DNA of 64,000 bases from a bacterium (GTDB lineage Bacteria > Zhuqueibacterota > Zhuqueibacteria > Oceanimicrobiales > Oceanimicrobiaceae): NCBI GenBank assembly GCA_046757525.1, contig JBHHYI010000001.1, positions 123,539 to 187,538 of the forward strand, read 5' to 3'. Positions 27,160 through 36,471 of this stretch are shown in pieces (the stretch's first letter is position 1; each line of letters opens with the position of its first letter). Below the pieces are notes generated by a model, which saw only the letters and a program-made list of their open reading frames with translations, made no database searches and was not told where the DNA came from. The translations under genes were made by a program, and so were the position numbers.

Positions 27160-27948
27160 ATGATCAGATCGCTTCGAACGGCTGCTTTAGGCATGTCAGC
27201 CCAGAGTCTGCGAGTTGACAATATTGCCAACAATCTGGCCAACGTCAACACCACGGCTTTTAAGAAAAGCACCATTGAGTTTCAGGATTTGTTCTACCAG
27301 AGCTTTCGCCCGGCCGGGGTCAAAGATCAGTCGAATGCTGAAATTCCCACCGAGCTGCAAATTGGGCACGGCAATCGGCCAGTGGCCACGATCAAAAACT
27401 TTTCGCAGGGAGATGTGGTAAACACCGGCAACGCTCTGGACCTTTCTTTAAACGGGGAAGGATTTTTTCAAATTCAACGGCCGGACGGTTCCATCGTTTA
27501 CACCCGGGACGGCAGCTTCAACCTCTCTTCTAAAGGGCAGATCGTCAATTCCTCCGGACTGCTCCTGGATCCGGAAACCTCGATTCCGGAAGAGGCGGTC
27601 AGCATCAATGTTGGTTCAGACGGCAATATCTCCGTCCTGCTGCCCGGCGAATCTACTCCGCAGGAAGTTGGTCAGATCGAGTTAGCCAAATTCATCAATC
27701 CGGCCGGTCTCAAAAGCATCGGAGGCAATCTTTACGAAGCCACGGCAGCTTCCGGCGAACCCACGCTGGGCACACCGGGAAGCGACGGCATCGGCAGCGT
27801 GCTACAAGGCTTTCTGGAAAAATCCAATGTGGAAGTGGTGCAGGAGATGGTTGAGCTGATCGTAGCGCAACGCGCGTACGAAATCAACGCCAAAGCGATC
27901 CGGACGGCCGAGCAAATGATGGAAATCGCCAACAATATTAAACGATAG
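27160..27948 (+). CDS. flgG: Flagellar basal-body rod protein FlgG
   Basis: IANNLANVNTTAFKK, EFQDLFYQ, YTRDGSF, FINPAGL, AQRAYEINAK. Confidence 0.97.
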   Translation: MIRSLRTAALGMSAQSLRVDNIANNLANVNTTAFKKSTIEFQDLFYQSFRPAGVKDQSNAEIPTELQIGHGNRPVATIKNFSQGDVVNTGNALDLSLNGEGFFQIQRPDGSIVYTRDGSFNLSSKGQIVNSSGLLLDPETSIPEEAVSINVGSDGNISVLLPGESTPQEVGQIELAKFINPAGLKSIGGNLYEATAASGEPTLGTPGSDGIGSVLQGFLEKSNVEVVQEMVELIVAQRAYEINAKAIRTAEQMMEIANNIKR

Positions 27949-27956
27949 TATGAGAA

Positions 27957-28703
27957 GTGATGGAGCAACCGAGAGAAAACTGGCTGGACAGGCGATCAAT
28001 ACTGTTTGCAATGGTCCTTTTGTATTTTGGGTCGGGGGTTTGTGATGTTCGCAGCGCCAGTGTGCGAAAGATACCGGCGAGGATGAAGGAGAGCATCGAA
28101 CGCTATGTTTACCAAAACTCCGACGTCCCCAAAGAGGACGTGGTGATCGAATTTGGTTCCTTCAGCGGAGAGATTGCCAACATAAGCGCAGCCGCTGAAT
28201 TCAGAGTATTGCCGTCCAGAGGTAAGATCAAAAAAGGCAGCCAGATGATTCGGTGCGGCTTGTTTCTGGACAATGAGTTGCTCAGGCGCTTTGCGGTCCG
28301 GATCAACGTGCGGGTTTTTCAGACCGTGGTTGTGAGCAACAGACCCCTTTCCCGCCTGACCCTTCTGGCAGACGACTTCTTGAGCCTGAGCAGACGAGAG
28401 ACCACCCATATTTCAAGAACCATTTACACGTCAAAGGATGGACTGGTGGGGCTGAGGACCAGACGCTTCGTGCAATCCGGTGAAATCGTGACCGAGGATT
28501 TGGTGGAAGTGCCACCGCTGATTGCCCGCGGCAAAGAGGTGAGAATCATTTTCAAGAAGGACGCTCTGGAGATTTCCGTGACGGGCGTTAGCCGAGAGGA
28601 CGGGCGTTTGGGAGAAACGATCAAGGTAAAATGTCTGGAAACCAACAAGACCTTCAAGGCAAACGTGGTGGACGCTACCACGGTAATCGTACCATTATTA
28701 TAG
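27957..28703 (+). CDS. flgA: P-ring assembly chaperone FlgA
   Basis: Signal peptide, SAF-like region, PPLIARGKEV, EDGRLGETIKV; located between flgG and flgH. Confidence 0.88.
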   Translation: MMEQPRENWLDRRSILFAMVLLYFGSGVCDVRSASVRKIPARMKESIERYVYQNSDVPKEDVVIEFGSFSGEIANISAAAEFRVLPSRGKIKKGSQMIRCGLFLDNELLRRFAVRINVRVFQTVVVSNRPLSRLTLLADDFLSLSRRETTHISRTIYTSKDGLVGLRTRRFVQSGEIVTEDLVEVPPLIARGKEVRIIFKKDALEISVTGVSREDGRLGETIKVKCLETNKTFKANVVDATTVIVPLL

Positions 28704-28712
28704 GATGCTGAC

Positions 28713-29357
28713 ATGAAAAATCTGAGTACAAAGACCCGAATAGCCGCTCTAACCGTCGTTCTGTTTGTTGCACAAACTGGCTTTGCACAACAGTACAAAT
28801 ATTTCCGGCATCCGTCTCTTTACACCGACGTGAAAGCCCGAGGGATCGGAGACGTGATTACCATCCTGATTGTAGAGGCCACCAACGGCTCTCGACAATC
28901 GGATGTGACCTCTTCGGACAAATCTGCGCTGAGCGCTTCCGGAAGCGTCACCGGCAATCTCACTAAATTCCTGCCGTTGTTTGGGGCCTCGTCTGACTTT
29001 TCCAAGAGTTACGACGGCAGCGAGGCAACGGCGCAAAAGGACCTGCTCACTGGCAAAATCACCGCCGTGGTCACGCAATTTACGCCAAGCGGGAATTTGG
29101 TTTTGCAGGGCAAGAGGCGTTTGGAAGTAAACGGGGAAACGCACATTTTAGAACTAAAAGGCATTGTCAGACCCAAGGACATCGACTCGAACAACATCGT
29201 TTTTTCCTATAATCTCGCCAATGTGGAAATCGCTTACAAGAAAGCGGGCCTGATGAACAGGCTTGGGAAGCCCGGTTGGGTCGCGCGCTGGAGCACCTGG
29301 CTGCTGGCCCTGGGTTTAGGTGGGGCGGCTTATTTAGGCGTTTCAGCAGCTAATTGA
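28713..29357 (+). CDS. flgH: Flagellar L-ring protein FlgH (no lipobox; C-terminal hydrophobic tail)
   Basis: SLYTDVKARGIGDVITILIVE, GNLVLQG, GIVRPKDI, GKPGW. Confidence 0.92.
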   Translation: MKNLSTKTRIAALTVVLFVAQTGFAQQYKYFRHPSLYTDVKARGIGDVITILIVEATNGSRQSDVTSSDKSALSASGSVTGNLTKFLPLFGASSDFSKSYDGSEATAQKDLLTGKITAVVTQFTPSGNLVLQGKRRLEVNGETHILELKGIVRPKDIDSNNIVFSYNLANVEIAYKKAGLMNRLGKPGWVARWSTWLLALGLGGAAYLGVSAAN

Positions 29358-29373
29358 AGGACGTCGCTCAAAA

Positions 29374-30501
29374 ATGAAACCTAAGCTCCTACAATTCTGG
29401 CTGTTGCTTGTTTGTTGTGCGTACCCACATCTGGCCACCAGTCAGGCACGCATCAAGGACATCGCCACCTTTCAGGGGATGCAGCCTTACCACCTTCTCG
29501 GTTACGGCCTGGTGATTGGTCTCGACGGCAGTGGGGACCGGAGCAGCGGCGCAAGCGGCGCAATTTTTACCGTCCAATCGGTGACCAACATGCTGGAAAA
29601 ATTCGGGATTACCGTACCTGCGGAGAAATTGCGCGTTCGCAACGTGGCCGCTGTCATGGTTACGGCCAAAATGGAACCCTTTCTCAATGTGGGCACCAAG
29701 CTCGACGTCACCGTCTCTTCACTGGGCGATGCCAAAAGTTTGGAAGGTGGAATCCTCCTGGAGACGCCTCTGTTCGGAAGCAACGGTGAACTTTTTGCCC
29801 TGGCGCAAGGGCCTGTTTCAATCGGGGGATTCAATATTGAAACCAATGAAGGGGAGAAGGTACGTCAAAATTACGCGTTAGTCGGCAGAGTCCCCAATGG
29901 CGGGTTCATCCAAAAGGCTCTGCCGTTTGCATTTGACCGGGGGAGGCCTTTGGGAATCTTGCTGAGAAAGCCTGATTTCACCACGTCTGCGCGGGTTGCT
30001 GACCTCATCAACAGGGATTTCGGCGCGTCGCTGGCGTCCCCAATCAATGCAGCTACCATTTGGGTACAATGGCCCAAGGACCTTCACACGCAGGGCGACA
30101 TGGTTCGCTTTATTGCCAAAGTTGAAACACTAAACGTGGTGCAAGACCGGACGGCCAAAGTGGTGATCAACGAACGAACCGGCACCATTGTGGCCGGCGG
30201 CGACGTGAGGATTTCTGAAATCATGGTTTCGCACGGCAACCTCATCATTCGAACGCGCAGGGTGCCGGTCATTTCACAGCCCGCACCATTTAGCCGTCGG
30301 GGCAGGACCGTGGTGGAAGGGGTGAGCGAAACCACAGTTCAGGCGGATGACGCCCACACGGTGGTCATTCGCAACACGGTGAACGTGAGCGACATTTCTT
30401 CAGCGCTGAACCAACTGGGGGTGAAACCCCGGGACATCATTGCCATCTTTCAGGCCATCAAAGAAGCCGGAGCGTTACAAGCAGAATTGATCATCATGTA
30501 A
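29374..30501 (+). CDS. flgI: Flagellar P-ring protein FlgI
   Basis: RIKDI, LGYGLVIGLDGSGD, NVAAVMVTA, VVINERTGTIV, AIKEAGALQAEL. Confidence 0.97.
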   Translation: MKPKLLQFWLLLVCCAYPHLATSQARIKDIATFQGMQPYHLLGYGLVIGLDGSGDRSSGASGAIFTVQSVTNMLEKFGITVPAEKLRVRNVAAVMVTAKMEPFLNVGTKLDVTVSSLGDAKSLEGGILLETPLFGSNGELFALAQGPVSIGGFNIETNEGEKVRQNYALVGRVPNGGFIQKALPFAFDRGRPLGILLRKPDFTTSARVADLINRDFGASLASPINAATIWVQWPKDLHTQGDMVRFIAKVETLNVVQDRTAKVVINERTGTIVAGGDVRISEIMVSHGNLIIRTRRVPVISQPAPFSRRGRTVVEGVSETTVQADDAHTVVIRNTVNVSDISSALNQLGVKPRDIIAIFQAIKEAGALQAELIIM

Positions 30502-30512
30502 AAGGGTCACCG

Positions 30513-31295
30513 ATGAACGTTGAATTCAACAGCCTGCAAAAGCAGGACCTGCACGATTTCCAAATAGAAAAAAACGATTTAGGTAAGACTGGCGTTCAGA
30601 AGCACAGCCACGGTTCGCTGCGAAAGGCGGCGCAAAACTTCGAGGCATTTTTTCTGACCCAGCTACTGCAAACCATGCGAAAAAGTATTCCGAACTCCAA
30701 CCTTTTTGGCAAGGGTCAATCCGGGGACATTTACAAGAGTTTGTTTGATGAAAAGATTGCTGAGGCTGTCGCCAGCAAGGGGGGCATTGGATTGGCCGAT
30801 ATAATAATTGAAGATTTGCAAAGGAACGATGAGCGACAGACACCCGCTTCCGGACAATCCTTATTAGATTACAGACAACTTTCCCGATGGAACAGGCCTG
30901 CGCCGGGCGCACACGAAAATTGGGATCGCAGCGTGATTGCTGAGGCGGCCAACCGATTCGACGTGGCCCCTAAGCTCATCGAGGCGATCATTCGGGTGGA
31001 GTCGAACTACCGGGTCACGGCTGTCTCCCCAAAAGGCGCTGCCGGTTTAATGCAGCTCATGGAGTCAACAGCGCACGAAATGGGGGTCTCTGACAGAATG
31101 AATCCCACAGAAAACATTTACGGTGGGGTTAAATATTTCAAATCGCTGTTGGATCGATTTCATGGAAAGTTGGAGCTGGCCTTGAGCGCCTACAACGCAG
31201 GGCCTGCGGCGGTTGAAAAGTACAACGGCGTCCCGCCTTACCCTGAAACGCAACGCTACGTGAAGAAAGTTTTGGAAATCTATCAAGAGCTCTGA
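30513..31295 (+). CDS. flgJ: FlgJ rod-binding domain fused to an SLT-type lytic transglycosylase
   Basis: N-terminal AAQNFEAFFL..MRK and GGIGLAD; C-terminal IRVESN, SPKGAAGLMQLM, SAYNAG, PYPETQRYV. Confidence 0.9.
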   Translation: MNVEFNSLQKQDLHDFQIEKNDLGKTGVQKHSHGSLRKAAQNFEAFFLTQLLQTMRKSIPNSNLFGKGQSGDIYKSLFDEKIAEAVASKGGIGLADIIIEDLQRNDERQTPASGQSLLDYRQLSRWNRPAPGAHENWDRSVIAEAANRFDVAPKLIEAIIRVESNYRVTAVSPKGAAGLMQLMESTAHEMGVSDRMNPTENIYGGVKYFKSLLDRFHGKLELALSAYNAGPAAVEKYNGVPPYPETQRYVKKVLEIYQEL

Positions 31296-31798
31296 TGATG
31301 GAAGAGATTATTGAAGAATTAGTCGTGGTCATTTCCAAAGAAGTCAAAGCGTTTAATCAGCTCCTAAAAACCTTGCGCGAAAAGCAGCGGGCGATCGTGG
31401 AGGGAGAAATCGAACGGCTAAAAAAGCAGGTGACTGCTGAAACCAGGATCGTCCACGAAACCAAAACCCTGGAAGCCCAAAGAATTGCGCAAACCCGGGT
31501 GTTGGCTGAGGTCCTGGCACTGGACAACATGAATCCTCGCTTGAGCGAAATCATAGAAAAAATCGAAGCAAAATACGCCCAGCGTTTGACAGAGCAGCGG
31601 AGCTTGCTGAAATCGTTGATGGAGAAGATTCGAAGCATCAATGAAAGCAACCAGTTCCTTCTGAATTATTCTTTGCAGTTCATCGAAAGCAGCCTGAGTT
31701 TGTTGCTCAGTGGAAATGACGACATGCCTGTTTACCAACAGGATGGTACCTGTCAAAGAGATTTGCGGCAAGCAAAGATTCTGGACCAAAGGATTTGA
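31295..31798 (+). CDS. flgN: Flagellar export chaperone FlgN
   Basis: Helical protein, INESNQFLL, position directly before flgK. Confidence 0.85.
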   Translation: MMEEIIEELVVVISKEVKAFNQLLKTLREKQRAIVEGEIERLKKQVTAETRIVHETKTLEAQRIAQTRVLAEVLALDNMNPRLSEIIEKIEAKYAQRLTEQRSLLKSLMEKIRSINESNQFLLNYSLQFIESSLSLLLSGNDDMPVYQQDGTCQRDLRQAKILDQRI

Positions 31799-31805
31799 GT
31801 GAGTC

Positions 31806-33185
31806 ATGTCGGATTTACTGAGAATTTTTAACATTGGCAGGAAGGCCCTGAGTGCGCACCAAAGCGCCATGAATACCGCCGGACACAACATTGCCAATGT
31901 TAATACCAAGGGCTATTCCAGGCAGCGCGTAAACTTGACGGCCAGCAGACCCCAATTCACGCCCCGGGGCATTTTCGGCAGTGGAGTTGATATCGAAAGT
32001 GTTGAGCGCGTGCGAAATAAATTCATCGACCAACAGTTGAGCCAGGAACGCCCGTCTGTCGGTCAATATGAGTTCCTAACCGACTCGCTGCAATCCGTTG
32101 AAGATGTGTTTAACGAACCATCCGAGTTTGGTTTGAATCGCGCGATGGAAGACTTCTTCAATGCTTTTCAGGATTTAGCCAACGACCCAGAGAGTGCTTC
32201 AGCGCGAGTGGTGCTCAAGAACAAAGCCTTGACTCTGGCCAGCGGTTTCAATCGCGTCCAGCGCCAGTTGTCGGACCTCAACAAGCAGTTGAACCAGGAA
32301 TTGCAAGTGAAGGTGGATGAGATGAATCGACTCGGCAGCGAAATTGCCGAACTGAATAAAAAGATAGCCAGCTTTGAACTTGGCGGTTCCGAGGCCTCTG
32401 ATTTTCGGGACCAGAGGGACCTGCTGATCGACCAACTGGCGAAGCTAATAAATATCAAAACCAACGAGAACGAAGCCGGCGTCCTCAGCGTGACTGCCGG
32501 AAGCCGCTTTCTGGTGGTTGACACGCGCGTTCAGAAATTCGCTTTGCAAACCAGTTCTGAAGATTCAACCGGTCCGCAAGTTGTGTCCGAGTCGGGTGGG
32601 CAGGTGGTGGATATTGCCAGTGGCAGCTTGAAAGGACTTTTGCAGGCCCGCGACGAATACATTCCTGATTATCTGAGCAGGTTAGACCTCTTAGCCCAAA
32701 TCGTCGCTTCTGAGGTGAACACGCGCCACCGTTCGGGTTACAACCTCGCCGGGGAAACCAATGTCAACTTTTTCAATGACGGCATCACGGGTGCAGCAGA
32801 TTTTGCTGTGACCGAAGAGATCAGCAATCGGCCGGAACTGATCGCCACGGCCTCTGAACCCAACAAACCTGGAGATAACAGCACGGCACTCGCCATCGCC
32901 GGGCTGCAAAACGATTCGCTGATGCAGGACGGCACGGCTTCGTTAAGCGATTTTTACAACGGGCTTCTTACCGACGTGGGTTCACAAAAGCAAGAAGCGA
33001 GCAAATTCAAGGAAAATTTTAGTCTTTTCGTTGAGAAATTGGAAGCGAACCGGGAGTCGATTTCCGGGGTTTCGCTGGACGAAGAGATGACAAACTTGAT
33101 CACCTCCCAACATGCCTTCACGGCGGCAGCCAGGTTTATTGCGACCGTTGATGAGATGACCCAAACCATCTTGGATATGCTTTAG
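31806..33185 (+). CDS. flgK: Hook-associated protein FlgK
   Basis: GHNIANVNTKGYSRQR, RDQRDLLIDQL, SGVSLDEEM. Confidence 0.97.
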   Translation: MSDLLRIFNIGRKALSAHQSAMNTAGHNIANVNTKGYSRQRVNLTASRPQFTPRGIFGSGVDIESVERVRNKFIDQQLSQERPSVGQYEFLTDSLQSVEDVFNEPSEFGLNRAMEDFFNAFQDLANDPESASARVVLKNKALTLASGFNRVQRQLSDLNKQLNQELQVKVDEMNRLGSEIAELNKKIASFELGGSEASDFRDQRDLLIDQLAKLINIKTNENEAGVLSVTAGSRFLVVDTRVQKFALQTSSEDSTGPQVVSESGGQVVDIASGSLKGLLQARDEYIPDYLSRLDLLAQIVASEVNTRHRSGYNLAGETNVNFFNDGITGAADFAVTEEISNRPELIATASEPNKPGDNSTALAIAGLQNDSLMQDGTASLSDFYNGLLTDVGSQKQEASKFKENFSLFVEKLEANRESISGVSLDEEMTNLITSQHAFTAAARFIATVDEMTQTILDML

Positions 33186-33199
33186 TAAGAGCAACGACT

Positions 33200-34093
33200 A
33201 TGAGAATCACCGACAACTTGATCAACAAAAACTTCTATGAAAACATCAGCCGTACACGGAAAAAGATGGTGCAATTGCAGTCGGACATCGCCACTACCAA
33301 GAAGGTACGAACGCCTTCCGACGATCCCATCGGGTTTTCCAGGGCTACCCGGTTTAAGCTTTTGAAAAGTCGCAACGAGCAATACTCGAAGAACATTCAG
33401 CAAGTTTCCGACCATGTCTCCGGAGCGCTCGCCGCCATTGATTCGGCCGTGGACATCGTTTCCCATGCCAAAGAACTGGCCGTTCAAGCTGCCAATGGCA
33501 CGCTGGAGGAGACGACCAGGGGGAGTATAGCCAAGGAAGTCGACCAAATGATTGAGTCGCTGGTGACCAAAGGGAACGCCAAACATGACAATCGGTTCAT
33601 CTTTGCAGGAACGCAAACGCTGGGAGACCCGCCATTTGTCAGAAACGGGGACGTGATTCAGTACAACGGGGACGATGGCGTGATAAAAAATACCGTTGGC
33701 GACGGGGTGGAGGTGGCTACGAACAAGCCTGGAACCGAGGTTTTTAAGCCCGGCGGTGGTGTGGACATCTTTGACAGCATGATTGCCTTTAAGCAGGCGC
33801 TCGAGCAAAATGACGTCGCTGCCATCGAGAATTCTATCGATGATTTGGGCCAATCTCTGGACCATTTGCTCACGGTTTCCGCAGATTTTGCCGGGCTGCA
33901 AAACAGGTTGGACGCCACAGAAGAATTGATTCAATCGCATAACCTCAAACTCACAGATGCCGCCTCCAGGATCGAAGATACGGATGTAGTCAAAACCATC
34001 ATTGACTTTCAGAATGCACAGAATGCCTACACCTTTGCTTTGCGTTCTTTCCAACAATTGATTGACACCAGCTTAATCAATTTCCTCAGTTAA
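33200..34093 (+). CDS. flgL: Hook-associated protein FlgL
   Basis: MRIT, PSDDP, FIFAG, SLINFL C-terminus. Confidence 0.95.
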   Translation: MRITDNLINKNFYENISRTRKKMVQLQSDIATTKKVRTPSDDPIGFSRATRFKLLKSRNEQYSKNIQQVSDHVSGALAAIDSAVDIVSHAKELAVQAANGTLEETTRGSIAKEVDQMIESLVTKGNAKHDNRFIFAGTQTLGDPPFVRNGDVIQYNGDDGVIKNTVGDGVEVATNKPGTEVFKPGGGVDIFDSMIAFKQALEQNDVAAIENSIDDLGQSLDHLLTVSADFAGLQNRLDATEELIQSHNLKLTDAASRIEDTDVVKTIIDFQNAQNAYTFALRSFQQLIDTSLINFLS

Positions 34094-34130
34094 CAGCCGT
34101 TTAGAACCAACTCATGTTTAGGAGATTACA

Positions 34131-34739
34131 ATGGATAAAAATAAGACACTGAATCATGGTCAGGAGAAGATGTTAGAAGGCACCGCTCTGTTGCACCAGG
34201 GTGAATTGGAGCGAGCCCGAGAAAGCTATGCGAAAACTCTGGGGGGTGAACCTGAGAATCTCGAGGCCCTGTACGGAATTGGGATGATTCACCAGCAGAG
34301 GAACGAATTTACGTCTGCCAGAGAATATTTTGAGAAGGCCTTGCAATGCGACGCAAACAATTCCCACCTGTTGAACAGCTTCGGGGTGGTGTCGGCCCAT
34401 TTGGGCGACCGCGAGGCAGCCATTCATTCCTTTGAGAAAGCCATAGAATTGGACCCGGCTTTTGTCCAGGCAGAAAGAAACCTGGCCGAAATCTATATTG
34501 ATTCAGGAGAATTTGAAAGGGGCGTAAAGCATTACATGGAAGCCTTGAAAAGGGATCCAGGAGATGTGGACACCTTGCTGGCCATCGCGGAGCTTTATTT
34601 TGAAATCGGTGACTTTGAGTCAACAGAATTCATTCTCAAGCGAGTCCTGGAAATAGACCCTGAGAACGAATTCGCCAGAGAAGCCATCAAAATAAATTCA
34701 GCTAAGCTCGCCGCGCTTAGCCAGGTTGGACCGGAATAA
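34131..34739 (+). CDS. Tetratricopeptide repeat protein
   Basis: About five TPR units (ALYGIG, YFEKALQCD, FEKAIELDP, EALKRDP, VLEIDP). Confidence 0.9.
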   Translation: MDKNKTLNHGQEKMLEGTALLHQGELERARESYAKTLGGEPENLEALYGIGMIHQQRNEFTSAREYFEKALQCDANNSHLLNSFGVVSAHLGDREAAIHSFEKAIELDPAFVQAERNLAEIYIDSGEFERGVKHYMEALKRDPGDVDTLLAIAELYFEIGDFESTEFILKRVLEIDPENEFAREAIKINSAKLAALSQVGPE

Positions 34740-34770
34740 ACACCGGGTCGAGTTGCAGGTTACGGCTAAA

Positions 34771-36456
34771 ATGAGAGGCAGCAAAAAAGAGATCGTAAGG
34801 CTCTTCAGGACGAACCAGGTGGAGCAGGCTTACCTGAGAGCAAAAGCTCTTTTGACGGAATTCCCCGCTGACTATGAGCTGCATTACATCCTGGGCATGA
34901 TCCATGGTTCGCAGTACCGCTATGTCGACGCCTTGCAATCCTTTAGTCGGGCCCTGACTTTCAACCCAGGGCACAGGCCGTCGCTGACCGAACGGGGCAT
35001 TATTTTTATGACGCTCAGACGGGATCGCCAGGCCCTGGCCGAGTTTCGTGAAGCGCTCAGAGTCGATCCTCTTGCGCACGACGTCTGTCATTATGTCCGT
35101 GAAATCGAAAGACGAATGAAGCCAGTGGAGCCGACCCTTGCCGCCTGTCTCATCGTAAAAAATGAAGCAAAACACCTGCCTAACTGCTTGAAGAGTATTC
35201 AGGCTGTGGTGGACGAGATGGTGGTGGTAGACACCGGCTCTGAAGATGCCACTCCAGAAATCGCACGGCAATTCGGCGCCCGGGTCGTGCAGTTTGAGTG
35301 GCGGAAGGATTTCGCTGCTGCCAGAAATTTTGCCATAAGACAGGCTGAGAGCGATTGGATTTTGCAAATAGATGCGGACGAAGAGCTGTTTCCCGAAGAC
35401 CAATACAAGATTCGTGAGATCATCCACCAGAGGGATTGTAACGGGGCCTTTGTAGCAATGAGAAATAGAAACTCGAGCCTGTTTGGCGAGAACCCGTGCA
35501 CGGTTCACTACCTGGTGCGCCTCTACCGCAACCACAGATCGATCTATTATGTCAATCCCATTCATGAAACGTTGAAGATATCCGGTGAGGTTGTTGCCAC
35601 CGACATCAATTTCCTGCATCACGGCTATAATTTGGACGCCGAGTACATGAAGCAGAAACGACGGCGAAACGCCGAGATCCTGTATCAAAGGTTGCAATCT
35701 GACCCGAGCAACATTACCACCCTGTTTTATCTTTCCATGATGCATTTGGGCAATGAAGAATATGACCAGGCTGGAATCTACGCAAAGCAGGTCCTGGAGA
35801 AGCTGAGTCCCCAGGACGCGAAGAAGCAGCATTTTTATTTGATGATGCTCAACAATCTGGCCTGGATTCATGTAGAAAAGCAAAACTATGCGTTGGTGCA
35901 GAAATACTGCGAGCAGGCCATTGCTATAAACAGCAATTACTTAGATCCCCAATTCTTTTTAGGCCTGAGCTATTTTAAGGAGGAACAGTATGAGAAAGCC
36001 AGGGAGACCTTTGAAAGATTCCTGAAGAAATATGGAGAGATCACACAAAACCCTGTGTTTAATTTGTTTGCCCATTCGTCTCATGCCTATTTGTACCAGG
36101 TTTATCACCTCCTGGGCAAGATATCTCGAAGAGAAAAGAACTATCCCGTGGCGCAAAGGATGATGTTGAAGGCGATCGAGAGCAACCCCAATTTCTGGAT
36201 CGGGTATGCGGACCTGGGTTACCTAAGCATGGACCTGAGCGAGTGGCAAAAAGCTGCTCACTATTTGTCGACGGCCGTCAGCATTGCGAAAAAGAGCCCG
36301 CACGTCAACAGGAACAATAGAGTCGTTTGGTTTGATTTTTTTAACCTGTTGAAGAATTATGTTGCGGTGCTAAAAAAATGTGCCGGCGCGGCAAAAGCGG
36401 CTCCTGTTAGCGTATCTTCAACCGTGCGCCAAGAATCAAATGCTGAACAGAGTTAG
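34771..36456 (+). CDS. TPR-GT2-TPR glycosyltransferase (putative flagellar glycosylation)
   Basis: CLIVKNEA, VVVDTGSED, DFAAARN, WILQIDADE, IHE, HHGY; start may instead be TTG 34726. Confidence 0.9.
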   Translation: MRGSKKEIVRLFRTNQVEQAYLRAKALLTEFPADYELHYILGMIHGSQYRYVDALQSFSRALTFNPGHRPSLTERGIIFMTLRRDRQALAEFREALRVDPLAHDVCHYVREIERRMKPVEPTLAACLIVKNEAKHLPNCLKSIQAVVDEMVVVDTGSEDATPEIARQFGARVVQFEWRKDFAAARNFAIRQAESDWILQIDADEELFPEDQYKIREIIHQRDCNGAFVAMRNRNSSLFGENPCTVHYLVRLYRNHRSIYYVNPIHETLKISGEVVATDINFLHHGYNLDAEYMKQKRRRNAEILYQRLQSDPSNITTLFYLSMMHLGNEEYDQAGIYAKQVLEKLSPQDAKKQHFYLMMLNNLAWIHVEKQNYALVQKYCEQAIAINSNYLDPQFFLGLSYFKEEQYEKARETFERFLKKYGEITQNPVFNLFAHSSHAYLYQVYHLLGKISRREKNYPVAQRMMLKAIESNPNFWIGYADLGYLSMDLSEWQKAAHYLSTAVSIAKKSPHVNRNNRVVWFDFFNLLKNYVAVLKKCAGAAKAAPVSVSSTVRQESNAEQS

Positions 36457-36471
36457 AAAATTGGAGTGCCA

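Noticed and set aside
33182..35883. Long minus-strand ORFs (33182-34057 and 34717-35883)
   Set aside because: Antisense to the well-supported flgL and glycosyltransferase genes; codon-bias shadows
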